Translations under genes and position numbers: made by a program
Notes under the pieces: model-generated
Told to the model about the DNA's origin: nothing
The model's input: only the letters and a program-made list of their open reading frames with translations
Database searches by the model: none
In this document: positions 28,746 to 38,151 of the stretch, piece by piece
Layout: every line of letters begins with the position of its first letter
Position numbering within the stretch: the stretch's first letter is position 1
From: Acidobacteriota bacterium
Lineage (GTDB): Bacteria; Acidobacteriota; CAIWXX01
Direction of reading: 5' to 3'
Assembly: GCA_040755995.1 (NCBI GenBank)
Contig: JBFMAF010000013.1
Coordinates: 69,123-133,122 of the forward strand
Length of the DNA stretch: 64,000 nt

Positions 28746-30113
28746 TTACAGCAGCGACAGCTCCTGGTACAGAATCGCCGCGGCCTTGATGCCGCTGAAG
28801 TAGTGGTCGAGGTACATGTGCTCGTCGGGCGCGTGCGAGTTCTCCTCGGGGTGTCCGAAGCCGACCAGGAGACACGGCGTGCGGAAGATCTCGTGAATCG
28901 TCGCCACGAATGGAATGCTGCCGCCCTCGCGGATGTACAGAGTGCGTACGCCGAAGGCCCGCTCGAGCGCCCGCGCCGCAGCCTTCACGGCGGGGTGTTC
29001 GATAGGCGTCAGAAAGCCCTTCCCGCCGTGCAGGCTCCTCACCTCGATGCCGATCGAGGCCGGGGCGACTTCTCTCACATAGTGCGCGAAGAGCTCAGCG
29101 ATCTTCTCGGGATCCTGGTTCGCCACGAGCCGCATGCTGATCTTGGCCTTGGCCCACGAGGGAATGATCGTCTTGGCCCCCTCGCCTGAATAGCCTCCCC
29201 AGATGCCGTTGCAGTCGAGCGTCGGGCGCGCCCACATGCGTTCAAGATCGGTGTAGCCGAGCTCGCCCGTGAGCTGCTTCACGCCTGCGGCGGCCCGCAG
29301 CGTCTCGGTGTCGAGCGGCAGCCGGGCCAGCGCCTCGCGTTCTTCCTGGCTGATCTGTATCACATCATCGTAGAAACCGGGAATCTGGACCCGGCCGGCC
29401 TTGTCCTTCATCGAGGCGATGATCTCGCAGAGGACGTTCACCGGGTTGGGAACGATGCCGCCGAAGGAGCCCGAGTGCAGATCCATACCCGGTCCCTTCA
29501 CGCCGATCTCCATGTAGCAGATCCCGCGGAGGCCGTAGCAGATCGACGGCATGTTCTTACCGAACATCGGCGTGTCCGAGATGACGACCCAGTCGGCGGC
29601 GAGCATCTCTTTGTGCGCTCGCAGGAATCCCTCCAGGCTGGTAGACCCGACCTCTTCTTCGCCCTCTACGATGAATTTCACGTTGACAGGCAGATCGCCG
29701 ACAGTGCGCAAGTAGGCTTGGACCGCCTTCAGGTGAGTATAGAGCTGTCCCTTGTCATCGGTCGCGCCGCGCGCGTAGAGCCTTCCGTCGCGGACCTGAG
29801 GTTCGAACGGCGGGCTCGTCCAGAGGTCGACCGGGTCCACGGGCTGCACATCATAGTGGCCGTACACCAGAACCGTCGGCTTCGCACGGCCTGCGCCAAA
29901 CTCCGAGTAGACGATCGGGTGCCCCTCAGTCGGGAACACATCCACCCGCGCCGCGCCGGTTTCGTGCATGCGCATCGCCAGATGATCGGCGCACCGCACC
30001 ACCTCCGGCTTGTATTCGGTGCTGCTGCTGATACTTGGAATCCTGAGGATCTCCATGAGGTCATCGAGGTTCCTCTGCTGGTTGTCTTCGACGAACCGAA
30101 TCACTTTCTCCAT
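28746..30113 (-). CDS. M20-family dipeptidase/deacylase
   Basis: YGHYDVQP, ARGATDDKGQ, EGEEEVGS, DLHSG, GGSIP, HAPDE. Confidence 0.92.
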   Translation of the reverse strand: MEKVIRFVEDNQQRNLDDLMEILRIPSISSSTEYKPEVVRCADHLAMRMHETGAARVDVFPTEGHPIVYSEFGAGRAKPTVLVYGHYDVQPVDPVDLWTSPPFEPQVRDGRLYARGATDDKGQLYTHLKAVQAYLRTVGDLPVNVKFIVEGEEEVGSTSLEGFLRAHKEMLAADWVVISDTPMFGKNMPSICYGLRGICYMEIGVKGPGMDLHSGSFGGIVPNPVNVLCEIIASMKDKAGRVQIPGFYDDVIQISQEEREALARLPLDTETLRAAAGVKQLTGELGYTDLERMWARPTLDCNGIWGGYSGEGAKTIIPSWAKAKISMRLVANQDPEKIAELFAHYVREVAPASIGIEVRSLHGGKGFLTPIEHPAVKAAARALERAFGVRTLYIREGGSIPFVATIHEIFRTPCLLVGFGHPEENSHAPDEHMYLDHYFSGIKAAAILYQELSLL

Positions 30114-30317
30114 TGACACTCTCCGAGTGACCGAATATACGAGATTTCCGGGAGCGGCGCAATGCTCACGATGAATGAACGAGCGTCCGCCTCATGCCGA
30201 GCGAGGTCGGTCGGGCGGCGGCGTGACGGTGCCTGGCATCCGGAGCGGTGCGGCAGACAACGATCGGCCCACCTTCACGAATGCTCGGAGGATGCCCGTG
30301 GACTGGGGCCGGTCCGC

Positions 30318-31220
30318 TCAATGCGCGCGCGGGTGGTACTTGTCGTATACGCGCTTGAGGCGCTCCTGCTGGATGTGAGTGTAGATCTGTGTGGTGGAGA
30401 GAGAGGCGTGCCCCAGCATCATCTGTAGGGCGCGGAGATCGGCTCCGTTCTGGAGAAGATGCGTCGCGAACGAATGCCGGATCACGTGAGGGGAGAGCGT
30501 CGCCTTGATCCCGGCCTTCGCCGCGTAGTTCCGCAAGAGCTTCCAGATGGCCTGCCTGGTCAGAAGAGTGGCCCGGTTGTTCAGGAATACGAATTCGGAC
30601 CCGCGCTTCTTCTCGAGCTTCGGTCGTGCCGAGCCCAGATAGCGGCGAAGGCTGGATGTGGCGGCCTCTCCCATCGGCACGAGCCGCTCCTTGCCCCCCT
30701 TCCCCGTCACTCGCACATATCCCTCGTCGATGTGAATGTCGGCCAGCCGCAGGCCGACGAGCTCCGAGACGCGCATGCCCGTGGCGTAAAGCAGCTCGAG
30801 CCATGCCGCGTCGCGACAGCCGAGCAAGGTCGCCTCGTCCGGCGCCCCCAGGAGCGTGTCGACTTCCTCGGGGCTCAGGAACTTCGGCAGCGTCGCCCAG
30901 AGCCTCGCCGTCTGAATGTCGCTCGACGGGTCGCTCTTGGCGCGGTTGTCGTAAACGAGATACCGGTGGAAGGACTTGACCGCCGAGAGCAACCTGGCGC
31001 TGGACCGGGGGCTGAGACCCGACGAACGCACCGTCCTCACGAACTCGACGATCGCGTCCCGGCCGGCGCTCAGAACATCGATCCGCCGGCGGGTCAGGAA
31101 GGCCGCGTAGCGCCTGAGGTCGCGCTGGTACGCGATGAGGGTATTGTGCGCGACCCCGCGTTCAAGCCGCAAGTACTCCAGGAAGTCGCGCAGCACGTCG
31201 TCCAATGCCACAGCAGTCAT
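30318..31220 (-). CDS. xerD: site-specific tyrosine recombinase XerD
   Basis: LERG..NT..AY.RDL, ELLYATGMRVSEL, GKGGKER, SPHVIRHSFATHLLQNGADLR, LGH...TTQIYTH, YHPRA. Confidence 0.93.
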   Translation of the reverse strand: MTAVALDDVLRDFLEYLRLERGVAHNTLIAYQRDLRRYAAFLTRRRIDVLSAGRDAIVEFVRTVRSSGLSPRSSARLLSAVKSFHRYLVYDNRAKSDPSSDIQTARLWATLPKFLSPEEVDTLLGAPDEATLLGCRDAAWLELLYATGMRVSELVGLRLADIHIDEGYVRVTGKGGKERLVPMGEAATSSLRRYLGSARPKLEKKRGSEFVFLNNRATLLTRQAIWKLLRNYAAKAGIKATLSPHVIRHSFATHLLQNGADLRALQMMLGHASLSTTQIYTHIQQERLKRVYDKYHPRAH

Positions 31221-31693
31221 GGCGCGGATTCGGACTCAAGCTCGTTCGCTTTCGCCCTTCTCTCCAGAATGAACGTCACGGGTCCGTCGTTCACCAGGCG
31301 CACCATCATCATCGCCTGGAAGACCCCCTGCTTGACCGGCGCAGAGCCCTCGCCAAGTTTCCCCACGAACTGTCCGAACAGCCGCTCGGCTCTGCGGGGC
31401 TCTTCGGCCAGCACGAAGTCGGGACGACGTCCCTTGCCGATGCGGGACGCAAGCGTGAACTGTGAGACCGCCAGGATCTCCCCGCCGATCTCCTCGACCG
31501 AGAGATTCATCTTCCCCTGCCCGTCGTCGAAGATGCGCAGAGATCGGATCTTGTTCGCCATCCAGCCGATTTCCGCCTCGCCATCCCCCTTCTCGACACA
31601 GGCTAGCACCAGCAGGCCCTTGCCGATTGCCGACACCTCGCGGTTGTCCACCGACACGCCGGCCTGGAGCACTCGCTGCACTACGGCTCTCAT
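31217..31693 (-). CDS. dtd: D-aminoacyl-tRNA deacylase
   Basis: MRAVVQRV, LRIFDD..GKMN, SQFTL, NDGPVT. Confidence 0.95.
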   Translation of the reverse strand: MRAVVQRVLQAGVSVDNREVSAIGKGLLVLACVEKGDGEAEIGWMANKIRSLRIFDDGQGKMNLSVEEIGGEILAVSQFTLASRIGKGRRPDFVLAEEPRRAERLFGQFVGKLGEGSAPVKQGVFQAMMMVRLVNDGPVTFILERRAKANELESESAP

Positions 31694-33234
31694 CTGCGCC
31701 TGATGCTCCTGATGATGGCTCCAGCTTCCTCGATGCCCGAAGCCCTGGCGAGTACGAATAGAAGGGCCATGCCCACGGGTATGACGATCCCCAGACGCAA
31801 GGGCAGCATTCCCAGGCGTCCGCCGGGCAGATACCTGTAAAGTGCCCACACCACCACACCCATCGCCGCAGATACACAGAAGCTCCTCAACACCGGGAAG
31901 AGCAACCGAGTCTGCTCGAACGGCGAGAGCTTTCGCTTGAGCCGGTAGATCAGAAGAGTGTAGTTGACCCATGCAGCCAGGCTGGTGGTGAGAGCGATCG
32001 AACTGAATCCGATCACGTACGACAGACTGATGTTGCAGATGATCTTGAGCCCGATGGCGGTCGCACTGACCTTCAGAGGGAAGTATGGATCGCCGAGCGC
32101 GTAGAATGCGGGCACAAGTATCTTCACGGCGGCATATGCAGAGAGGCCGAAGACGTAGAGCACGAGCACCGAGGCGGTGGCCTCGGAGTCCTCGTGCGTG
32201 AACCGGCCATGCTCGAAAATTACCTGGATTATGGGCAGAGCAAGGGCGATCAGCCCCGCGCTGGCGGCGAAGTTCAGGAAGAATGATGTCTTCACCGATG
32301 TTGCAATGCTGTGCGCGGCCGCCTCGGTCTCGCCGCCCGCGAGCATCCGAGACACAGCCGCCAGGTTGACCGTGGCCAGGCTGACGCCGAAAAGCCCTAT
32401 CGGAAGCTGCATGAGCCGGAAGGCGTAGACCAGCCAGGTCACCGGCCCGTTCCCGAAGTGAGATGCGATCTGCGTGTCGATGACCACGTTGATTTGCGTG
32501 ACAGACAGCCCGATGATCGCCGGCGCCATCATGCCGGCAATCTTGCGGACCGCCGGATCGCGGACGCTGGCGACGGCCGAGTAACGGTATCCCTCGCGCC
32601 GCAGCGTCGGGATCTGCACACCGAGCTGGGCGATGCCGCCGAGCATCGACCCGGTCGCGAGCGCGATGATCGGCTGTATGCCGAATCGCGGCATGATGGG
32701 GGCCAGCAGCAGCGTCACGACGATGTTGACGACGTTGAAAAGCGCCGGCGCGATGGCCGGCAGGAAGAAGTGGCCGAGCGCATTCAGGGCTCCCATCACC
32801 GCCGCAGCGAGCGAGACGAACAGGAGAAACGGTGAAAGTATCCGGGCCATGACAGTGGCCAGCTCGGCCTTGCCGGCGATGTCGAAGAAGCCCGAGGCGA
32901 GCACCCAGGTGAGCTCGCGGGCGAAGACGAAGATCAGGACGGTGATTGCGCCGAGCAGGATCAGGAGCGCGTTGATGACGAGGTTCGCGAGGCGGAACGC
33001 CTCGGTCTTGCTGACATTGCGCAGCTTGTCCGTGAAGACCGGCACAAACGCCGCGCTCAGTGCGCCCTCGGCGAAGAGATCGCGGAGCAGATTGGGGATG
33101 CGGAACGCGGTGTTGTAGGCGTCTGTGGCGAGGCCCGCGCCGAAGAGAGCCGCAATGACCTGCTCGCGAACGAGCCCGAGTATCCGGCTGATCCCCGTCG
33201 CTATGGTGATGCCGAGTGCCGAGGAGAGACGCAT
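31690..33234 (-). CDS. murJ: lipid II flippase MurJ
   Basis: SRILGLVRE, AFRIPNLLRDLFAEGALSAAFVP, RLMQLPIG, FEHGRF. Confidence 0.93.
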   Translation of the reverse strand: MRLSSALGITIATGISRILGLVREQVIAALFGAGLATDAYNTAFRIPNLLRDLFAEGALSAAFVPVFTDKLRNVSKTEAFRLANLVINALLILLGAITVLIFVFARELTWVLASGFFDIAGKAELATVMARILSPFLLFVSLAAAVMGALNALGHFFLPAIAPALFNVVNIVVTLLLAPIMPRFGIQPIIALATGSMLGGIAQLGVQIPTLRREGYRYSAVASVRDPAVRKIAGMMAPAIIGLSVTQINVVIDTQIASHFGNGPVTWLVYAFRLMQLPIGLFGVSLATVNLAAVSRMLAGGETEAAAHSIATSVKTSFFLNFAASAGLIALALPIIQVIFEHGRFTHEDSEATASVLVLYVFGLSAYAAVKILVPAFYALGDPYFPLKVSATAIGLKIICNISLSYVIGFSSIALTTSLAAWVNYTLLIYRLKRKLSPFEQTRLLFPVLRSFCVSAAMGVVVWALYRYLPGGRLGMLPLRLGIVIPVGMALLFVLARASGIEEAGAIIRSIRRR

Positions 33235-33244
33235 GCGACTCGGC

Positions 33245-35566
33245 CTATGTCTTGATCGTGAAGAGCATGTACAGGCCGATGATGCTGAACAGGATGTTGG
33301 AACTCCACGCGGCGAGAAACGGCGGAAGCACCTGCAGATAGCCCAACGACCTGAACACACCCAGCGTTCCCCAGAAGAGGATCGCGAGTCCCACGGAGAC
33401 ACCGATGCCGTAAAGCGCGCCGTGGCGGCCCATGAGAAACGAGAACGGCACGGCGATAACCGCCATGATCAGGGTGACGAGAGGGAAGGAGAGCTTCTGC
33501 GCGAGCTGCACCCGAAACTTCACGGTGTCGAACCCGCTGGCCTCGAGCTCGCCGACGTACTTCTGCAGCTCCAGATACCGCATCTGGTCCGGCATCTTCT
33601 GTTCCTTGAAGAAGTGAGTCGGCGTTTCGGGCAGGTCGATCGTCATGCGCGGCAGCACCCGAAAGCCGCTTGTCTTGCCCTGCTTGAATTCTCTGATCCA
33701 GACTCCATCCATCACCCACTGCGTGCCGCGCCACACGGCGGACGCGGCATGAATCCGGCGCACAAGCTGGAACCCCGTGGGATCGAAGTCGAAGATCGAG
33801 AGCTGGCCGAATCGCTCGCGCTCGGAGTCGTAGTAGTTGTAGTTGAAGATGCGGTTGCCGAGGCCGCGCATCCACGTCCGGTTGGACTGGTAGTACGTCT
33901 GGACCGGACGGTTCTGGATCTCGTTGAGAAGCTGGTCGGCCTTCCGGTTCGTTCGCGGCAGAACGTAGTCCTGCACGTAGAACGCCCAGGCGCTCATGAG
34001 TGCCGCGCCGGTGATGACGGGGATCGAGATGCGGTAGAGGCTCAGGCCGCAAGCCTTCATCGCGGTCACCTCGGAACTCTTCGTCAGCAGTCCGTAGGTC
34101 ACCAGGGTGCCGATCAAGGCGGCCACCGGCAGCATGTAGAAAAGCATCTGCGGGAGGTAGTACCAGATGTACTTCAGGATTAGGTAGATCGGCTTGTGAT
34201 TCTCCAGCGCATCGTCGATGAGCTCGAAGAAAGTGATGATCACGAACAGCGAGACCAGGCTCGTGAACGTCAGCAGGAAGACCATGCCGAACCTGCGGAG
34301 GATGTAGCGGTCGAGGATGTTCGGGAACTTCAGGAAGACCCTCGGCACACGAAGCACCAGCGCCCGGCCCTTCGGCGAAGCCCTCCTGGGTTGCTGGCCG
34401 TTTGCGGCCGCAGGCTGGGTTCTGCCCGCCCGCCGCTTGAGAAACCCGAACACGGCCCTCTCCCGGGCCGACTGCACCAGGAACACGACACCGGCGACAG
34501 CCAGAGTAATATTGGCTGCCCACATGGCCAGAAGCGGCGACACCTTGCCTTCCTCCGCAAGCTGCTCGCCCGCCGTGATCATGATGTAGTAGTAGATGAT
34601 GATGCCGAGGCTCAGAACGAATCCCGATGACTTGCCGCCCTTCTTGGTGACGATGCCCAGCGGGAGGGCCAGCACGCCGAAGACGATGCAGGAGAACGGG
34701 AGGGCGAACTTCTTGTGGATTTCGATCCACAGCCCGAGGGTCGGCTCGCCCTTGGCGGCGCGCAGCTTCTCAGAATCGAACAGTTCGTGGATGTCCTTCT
34801 CGCGATCGCGCTTCTGCAGCGCGATTCTTGGGAATATGGCGTTGGCGTCCACCTGCTCGACCGAGCTCTCGAAGTGCGTGATTTCATACCTGTCCGGTTC
34901 CGAGCTGGACTCGGAGAACGTATGGGTGACTCCGTCGGTGAGTCTCAGATAGGCCGTCCGCCGCTCAGGATCCACCTGGAACTGGCCCTCTTTGGCAAAA
35001 ATGATCCGCGGGTTCTCGCGGTTCTTGGTCTCGCAGATGAACACACCCTGCCAGGTGTCACCGGTCGCAGGTATGTCCTGAATGTAGATGACGAAGTCGG
35101 GGATCGACTCGTTGAAGATCCGCGGCCGTATCTGCTCCTTGGCCTGCGTGAACGCCACGCGATAGAGAATCTGAACGAGCCGATAGTTGCTCCACGGGGC
35201 CAGGTACAGCGCGAGCACAGACGCCAGCCCCCAACCGGCCAGACAGAAGATCAACACCGGTCTCAGCAGCCGGTAGAGCGAGAACCCCGAGGCCTTGAGT
35301 GCCATGATCTCCATGTCGGTCGACATGCGGCCGAGCCCGATCAGGAGCCCCACGAGGACCGACATCGGGAGCGTGAATGCAGTAATGCCGGGCAGGAAGT
35401 AGACCAGGATATGCCACGCGTCGGAGAAGGTGGCCCCCTTGCGCACGAGCAGCTCGGTGATGTTGAGGATCTGATCCATCAACATGGTGAACGTGTAGAC
35501 GACGAAGCCCAACAGCGCGGGCGGCGTCATCTCGCGCAACATGTACCGATCGATCAGCCTCAACAC
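33245..35566 (-). CDS. lptFG: fused LptF-LptG LPS export permease
   Basis: Two YjgP/YjgQ halves in one 773-aa ORF (LIDRYM...EIMALKASG...; ILDRYI...EVTAMKACG...) joined by a basic linker. Confidence 0.88.
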   Translation of the reverse strand: MLRLIDRYMLREMTPPALLGFVVYTFTMLMDQILNITELLVRKGATFSDAWHILVYFLPGITAFTLPMSVLVGLLIGLGRMSTDMEIMALKASGFSLYRLLRPVLIFCLAGWGLASVLALYLAPWSNYRLVQILYRVAFTQAKEQIRPRIFNESIPDFVIYIQDIPATGDTWQGVFICETKNRENPRIIFAKEGQFQVDPERRTAYLRLTDGVTHTFSESSSEPDRYEITHFESSVEQVDANAIFPRIALQKRDREKDIHELFDSEKLRAAKGEPTLGLWIEIHKKFALPFSCIVFGVLALPLGIVTKKGGKSSGFVLSLGIIIYYYIMITAGEQLAEEGKVSPLLAMWAANITLAVAGVVFLVQSARERAVFGFLKRRAGRTQPAAANGQQPRRASPKGRALVLRVPRVFLKFPNILDRYILRRFGMVFLLTFTSLVSLFVIITFFELIDDALENHKPIYLILKYIWYYLPQMLFYMLPVAALIGTLVTYGLLTKSSEVTAMKACGLSLYRISIPVITGAALMSAWAFYVQDYVLPRTNRKADQLLNEIQNRPVQTYYQSNRTWMRGLGNRIFNYNYYDSERERFGQLSIFDFDPTGFQLVRRIHAASAVWRGTQWVMDGVWIREFKQGKTSGFRVLPRMTIDLPETPTHFFKEQKMPDQMRYLELQKYVGELEASGFDTVKFRVQLAQKLSFPLVTLIMAVIAVPFSFLMGRHGALYGIGVSVGLAILFWGTLGVFRSLGYLQVLPPFLAAWSSNILFSIIGLYMLFTIKT

Positions 35567-35734
35567 GGTCGATCATCCTATCATAAGCAGTTGCCGGTTG
35601 ACGGTTGTCGGTTGACAGCAGGCTCCGGCGGAATCTTCCTTGCGCCCTTCACCCGCGCAGGCCGCGGCCCGCCGGAGTCCACCGGACCGCGTCCCCGCGT
35701 TCTCGCGACTCTACGCAGACGAACCGCCGCCGGC

Positions 35735-37867
35735 CTACTGCGTGGCCTGCGCCTGCACCAGGCCTCGTTTCATCAGCAGCGGTCCGACGTCGGGCTCGCG
35801 TCCACGGAAGCGCTTGTAGAGCGTCATGGCATCCTCGGTGCCCAGCTTCTCCAGGATGTTCTTTCGGAACGAATCGGCGGTCTTGCGATCGAACAGCGAG
35901 GATTCCTTGAACGCCTGGAACGCATCCGAATCGAGAACACCCGACCAGATGTAGCTGTAGTAGCCCGCCGGATAGCCGCCCATGATGTGGCCGAAGTAGG
36001 TCGAGCGATAGCGAGGCAGGATCTCCGGAATGAGTCCAATGGCTGCCATTGAATTGGCCTCGAACCGCGTGACATTGTGGTCGGCCGCGTTTTCCAATGA
36101 GTGCCAGTCCATGTCCAGGAAGCACGCCGCGAGGTACTCGACGGTCTGGAACCCCTGGTTGAAGAGACTGCTCCTCTTGATCTTGTCGACCAGGGCAGCC
36201 GGAATGACCTCGCCGGTCTCGTAGTGCGTGGCGTAGAGCTTGAGCAGCTCGGGCTCGAGCGCCCAGTTCTCCATGATCTGCGACGGCAGCTCGACCGAAT
36301 CCTGCGGGGCGAAGTTCGATCGGTAGCTGCCGTTCGTCACAAGAGTATTGACGGCGTGACCGAACTCATGGAAATAGGTATTGACCTCGTCGATGCTCAG
36401 CAGCGACGGGGTACCGGCGGTCGGTTTTGTGAAATTGCACACCAGTGTCGCAAACGGGATGACCCGCTTCCCGTTCTCGTAGAACGCCGTACGGAAGGCC
36501 CCGGACCACGCGCCGCCGCGCTTGGACTCCCTCGGAAAGAAGTCGGTGTAGAGCAGGCCGAGCAGACGGCCGTCGGCCTCCTGCACCTCGTACACCTTCA
36601 CATCAGGATGGTACACGGGTATGTCCTTGCGCTCGATGAGTTTCAGGCCGTAGAGCTTGTTGGCCAGGGTGAAGACACCCTTCGTGACGTTTTCGAGCCG
36701 GAAATACGGGCGCAGCGCCGAATCGTCCAGGTCGTACTTCTCCTTGCGCACTCTCTCGGCGTAGTACCACCAGTCCCATAATGCCAGCTTGAAGCCGCCG
36801 TTCTCGCGGTCGATGATCGCCTGCATCTCGGCAGCTTCGCCCCTGGCCCTCTCCAAGGCGGGCTTCCACAAGCGCTGGAGCAACGAGTAGACGGTCGCGG
36901 GATCTTTGGCCATCCGATCTTCGAGGTAGAACCGCGCGGGGGTCGGGTAGCCCAGGAGCTTGCAGCGCTCCTCGCGCAACGTCAGGATCTTCTGCAGGAG
37001 TGCCTTGTTGTCCCGGTCGTTGTCGCGATCGCCGCGCATGAAGTAGGCTGTGTAGAGGGCTTCGCGCAGGTCGCGCCTGCCGCAATATTGCAGGAATGGT
37101 GTCCAGCTGGGCCGCTGCGCCGAGTAGACCAGCTTGCCGGGCATGCCCATCGAGCTCGCCGTTTCCTCGCCCGTCGCGATGAGACTCTCCGGAGCCCCGT
37201 CGAGGGCACTCTTGTCGTCGATCACGATGTATGAGTTGTTCGTCTCCGCCAGCAGGTTCTCGCCGAACTTCAGCGTCAGCAAGGACAGGTCCCGGTTGAT
37301 GTCCCGCATCCTGGCCTTCTGCTTCTCGTCCAGGAGAGCTCCATTGCGAACGAAGCTGCGGTAGGTGTTTTCCAAGAGATAAAGTTGCTCCTCGGTCAGC
37401 TTCAGGGCGGCCCTCTTGTCATAGACCGCCTTGACCCTGAGGAACAGCTCCTCGTTCATGGCGATGTTGTCGTTGTGCGCAGAGAGCCTCGGAGCGATCT
37501 CCTTTGCAGCCGCCTCCATCTCAGGACTCGTCAGCGCCTCCAGAAGCCCGTAGAAGGGATTCGTCACGTTGGCAAGGAATCGACCGGACATGTCAAGAGC
37601 GACAACGGTGTTCTGGAAGGTCGCCTCCTGCGGGTCGTTCACGACCGCATCGATCTCGGCCTGCTGAAGCTTGATGCCTTCTTCGACTGCCAGCGAGTAG
37701 TGTTCCGTTTTGAGGCGATCGAAGGGCGGCGTCTGGAAAGGGGTCTTGTATGGAGCGAAGAATGGGTTGTCCTGGAGCTGTGAGCCGGGTGTCTCTCCTG
37801 CGCGCAAGACGACCGGAATCAAGACGACCGGAATAATAAGAAGAGCGAAGCGGTTTCTACCGAGCAC
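35735..37867 (-). CDS. M3 metallopeptidase (peptidyl-dipeptidase Dcp-like), secreted
   Basis: Signal peptide, KRGGAW, FHEFGHA, VELPSQIMENW, GYYSYIW, FRGREP. Confidence 0.92.
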   Translation of the reverse strand: MLGRNRFALLIIPVVLIPVVLRAGETPGSQLQDNPFFAPYKTPFQTPPFDRLKTEHYSLAVEEGIKLQQAEIDAVVNDPQEATFQNTVVALDMSGRFLANVTNPFYGLLEALTSPEMEAAAKEIAPRLSAHNDNIAMNEELFLRVKAVYDKRAALKLTEEQLYLLENTYRSFVRNGALLDEKQKARMRDINRDLSLLTLKFGENLLAETNNSYIVIDDKSALDGAPESLIATGEETASSMGMPGKLVYSAQRPSWTPFLQYCGRRDLREALYTAYFMRGDRDNDRDNKALLQKILTLREERCKLLGYPTPARFYLEDRMAKDPATVYSLLQRLWKPALERARGEAAEMQAIIDRENGGFKLALWDWWYYAERVRKEKYDLDDSALRPYFRLENVTKGVFTLANKLYGLKLIERKDIPVYHPDVKVYEVQEADGRLLGLLYTDFFPRESKRGGAWSGAFRTAFYENGKRVIPFATLVCNFTKPTAGTPSLLSIDEVNTYFHEFGHAVNTLVTNGSYRSNFAPQDSVELPSQIMENWALEPELLKLYATHYETGEVIPAALVDKIKRSSLFNQGFQTVEYLAACFLDMDWHSLENAADHNVTRFEANSMAAIGLIPEILPRYRSTYFGHIMGGYPAGYYSYIWSGVLDSDAFQAFKESSLFDRKTADSFRKNILEKLGTEDAMTLYKRFRGREPDVGPLLMKRGLVQAQATQ

Positions 37868-37893
37868 CGTTGAATCCTCCTTTGGGCGCTAAC

Positions 37894-37988
37894 TGGCGGA
37901 GGCGGATGGGAATCGAACCCACCCGGCGGCCTTAAGCCGTCGCACTGGATTTGAAGTCCAGGGGAGCCACCAGACCCCTTTCGCCTCC
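37894..37988 (-). tRNA. selC: tRNA-Sec (anticodon UCA)
   Basis: 95 nt: GGAGGCG...CGCCTCC-GCCA acceptor, 6-bp D-stem with TGGT loop, CTGGA-CTTCAAA-TCCAG anticodon arm, long variable arm, GTGGG-TTCGATT-CCCAT T-arm. Confidence 0.95.
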
Positions 37989-38151
37989 CCGGCGATTATA
38001 TTCCAAGCCCGCGAACGAAATCCAAACGCGACACAATCCCTGTGAGCCCCATCCTTCCCGTACCCGATTCCGTCCCAGCTCGCACCCGGGCACGCGTACC
38101 CGCATTCGACCCGGGTCCGCCAGCAGCTCGTGGAACTGAGGCGCAGCGCCG

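Noticed and set aside
30318..31220. Tyrosine recombinase as a prophage or island integrase
   Set aside because: Sequence and operon context match housekeeping XerD; no att sites or phage genes are nearby.
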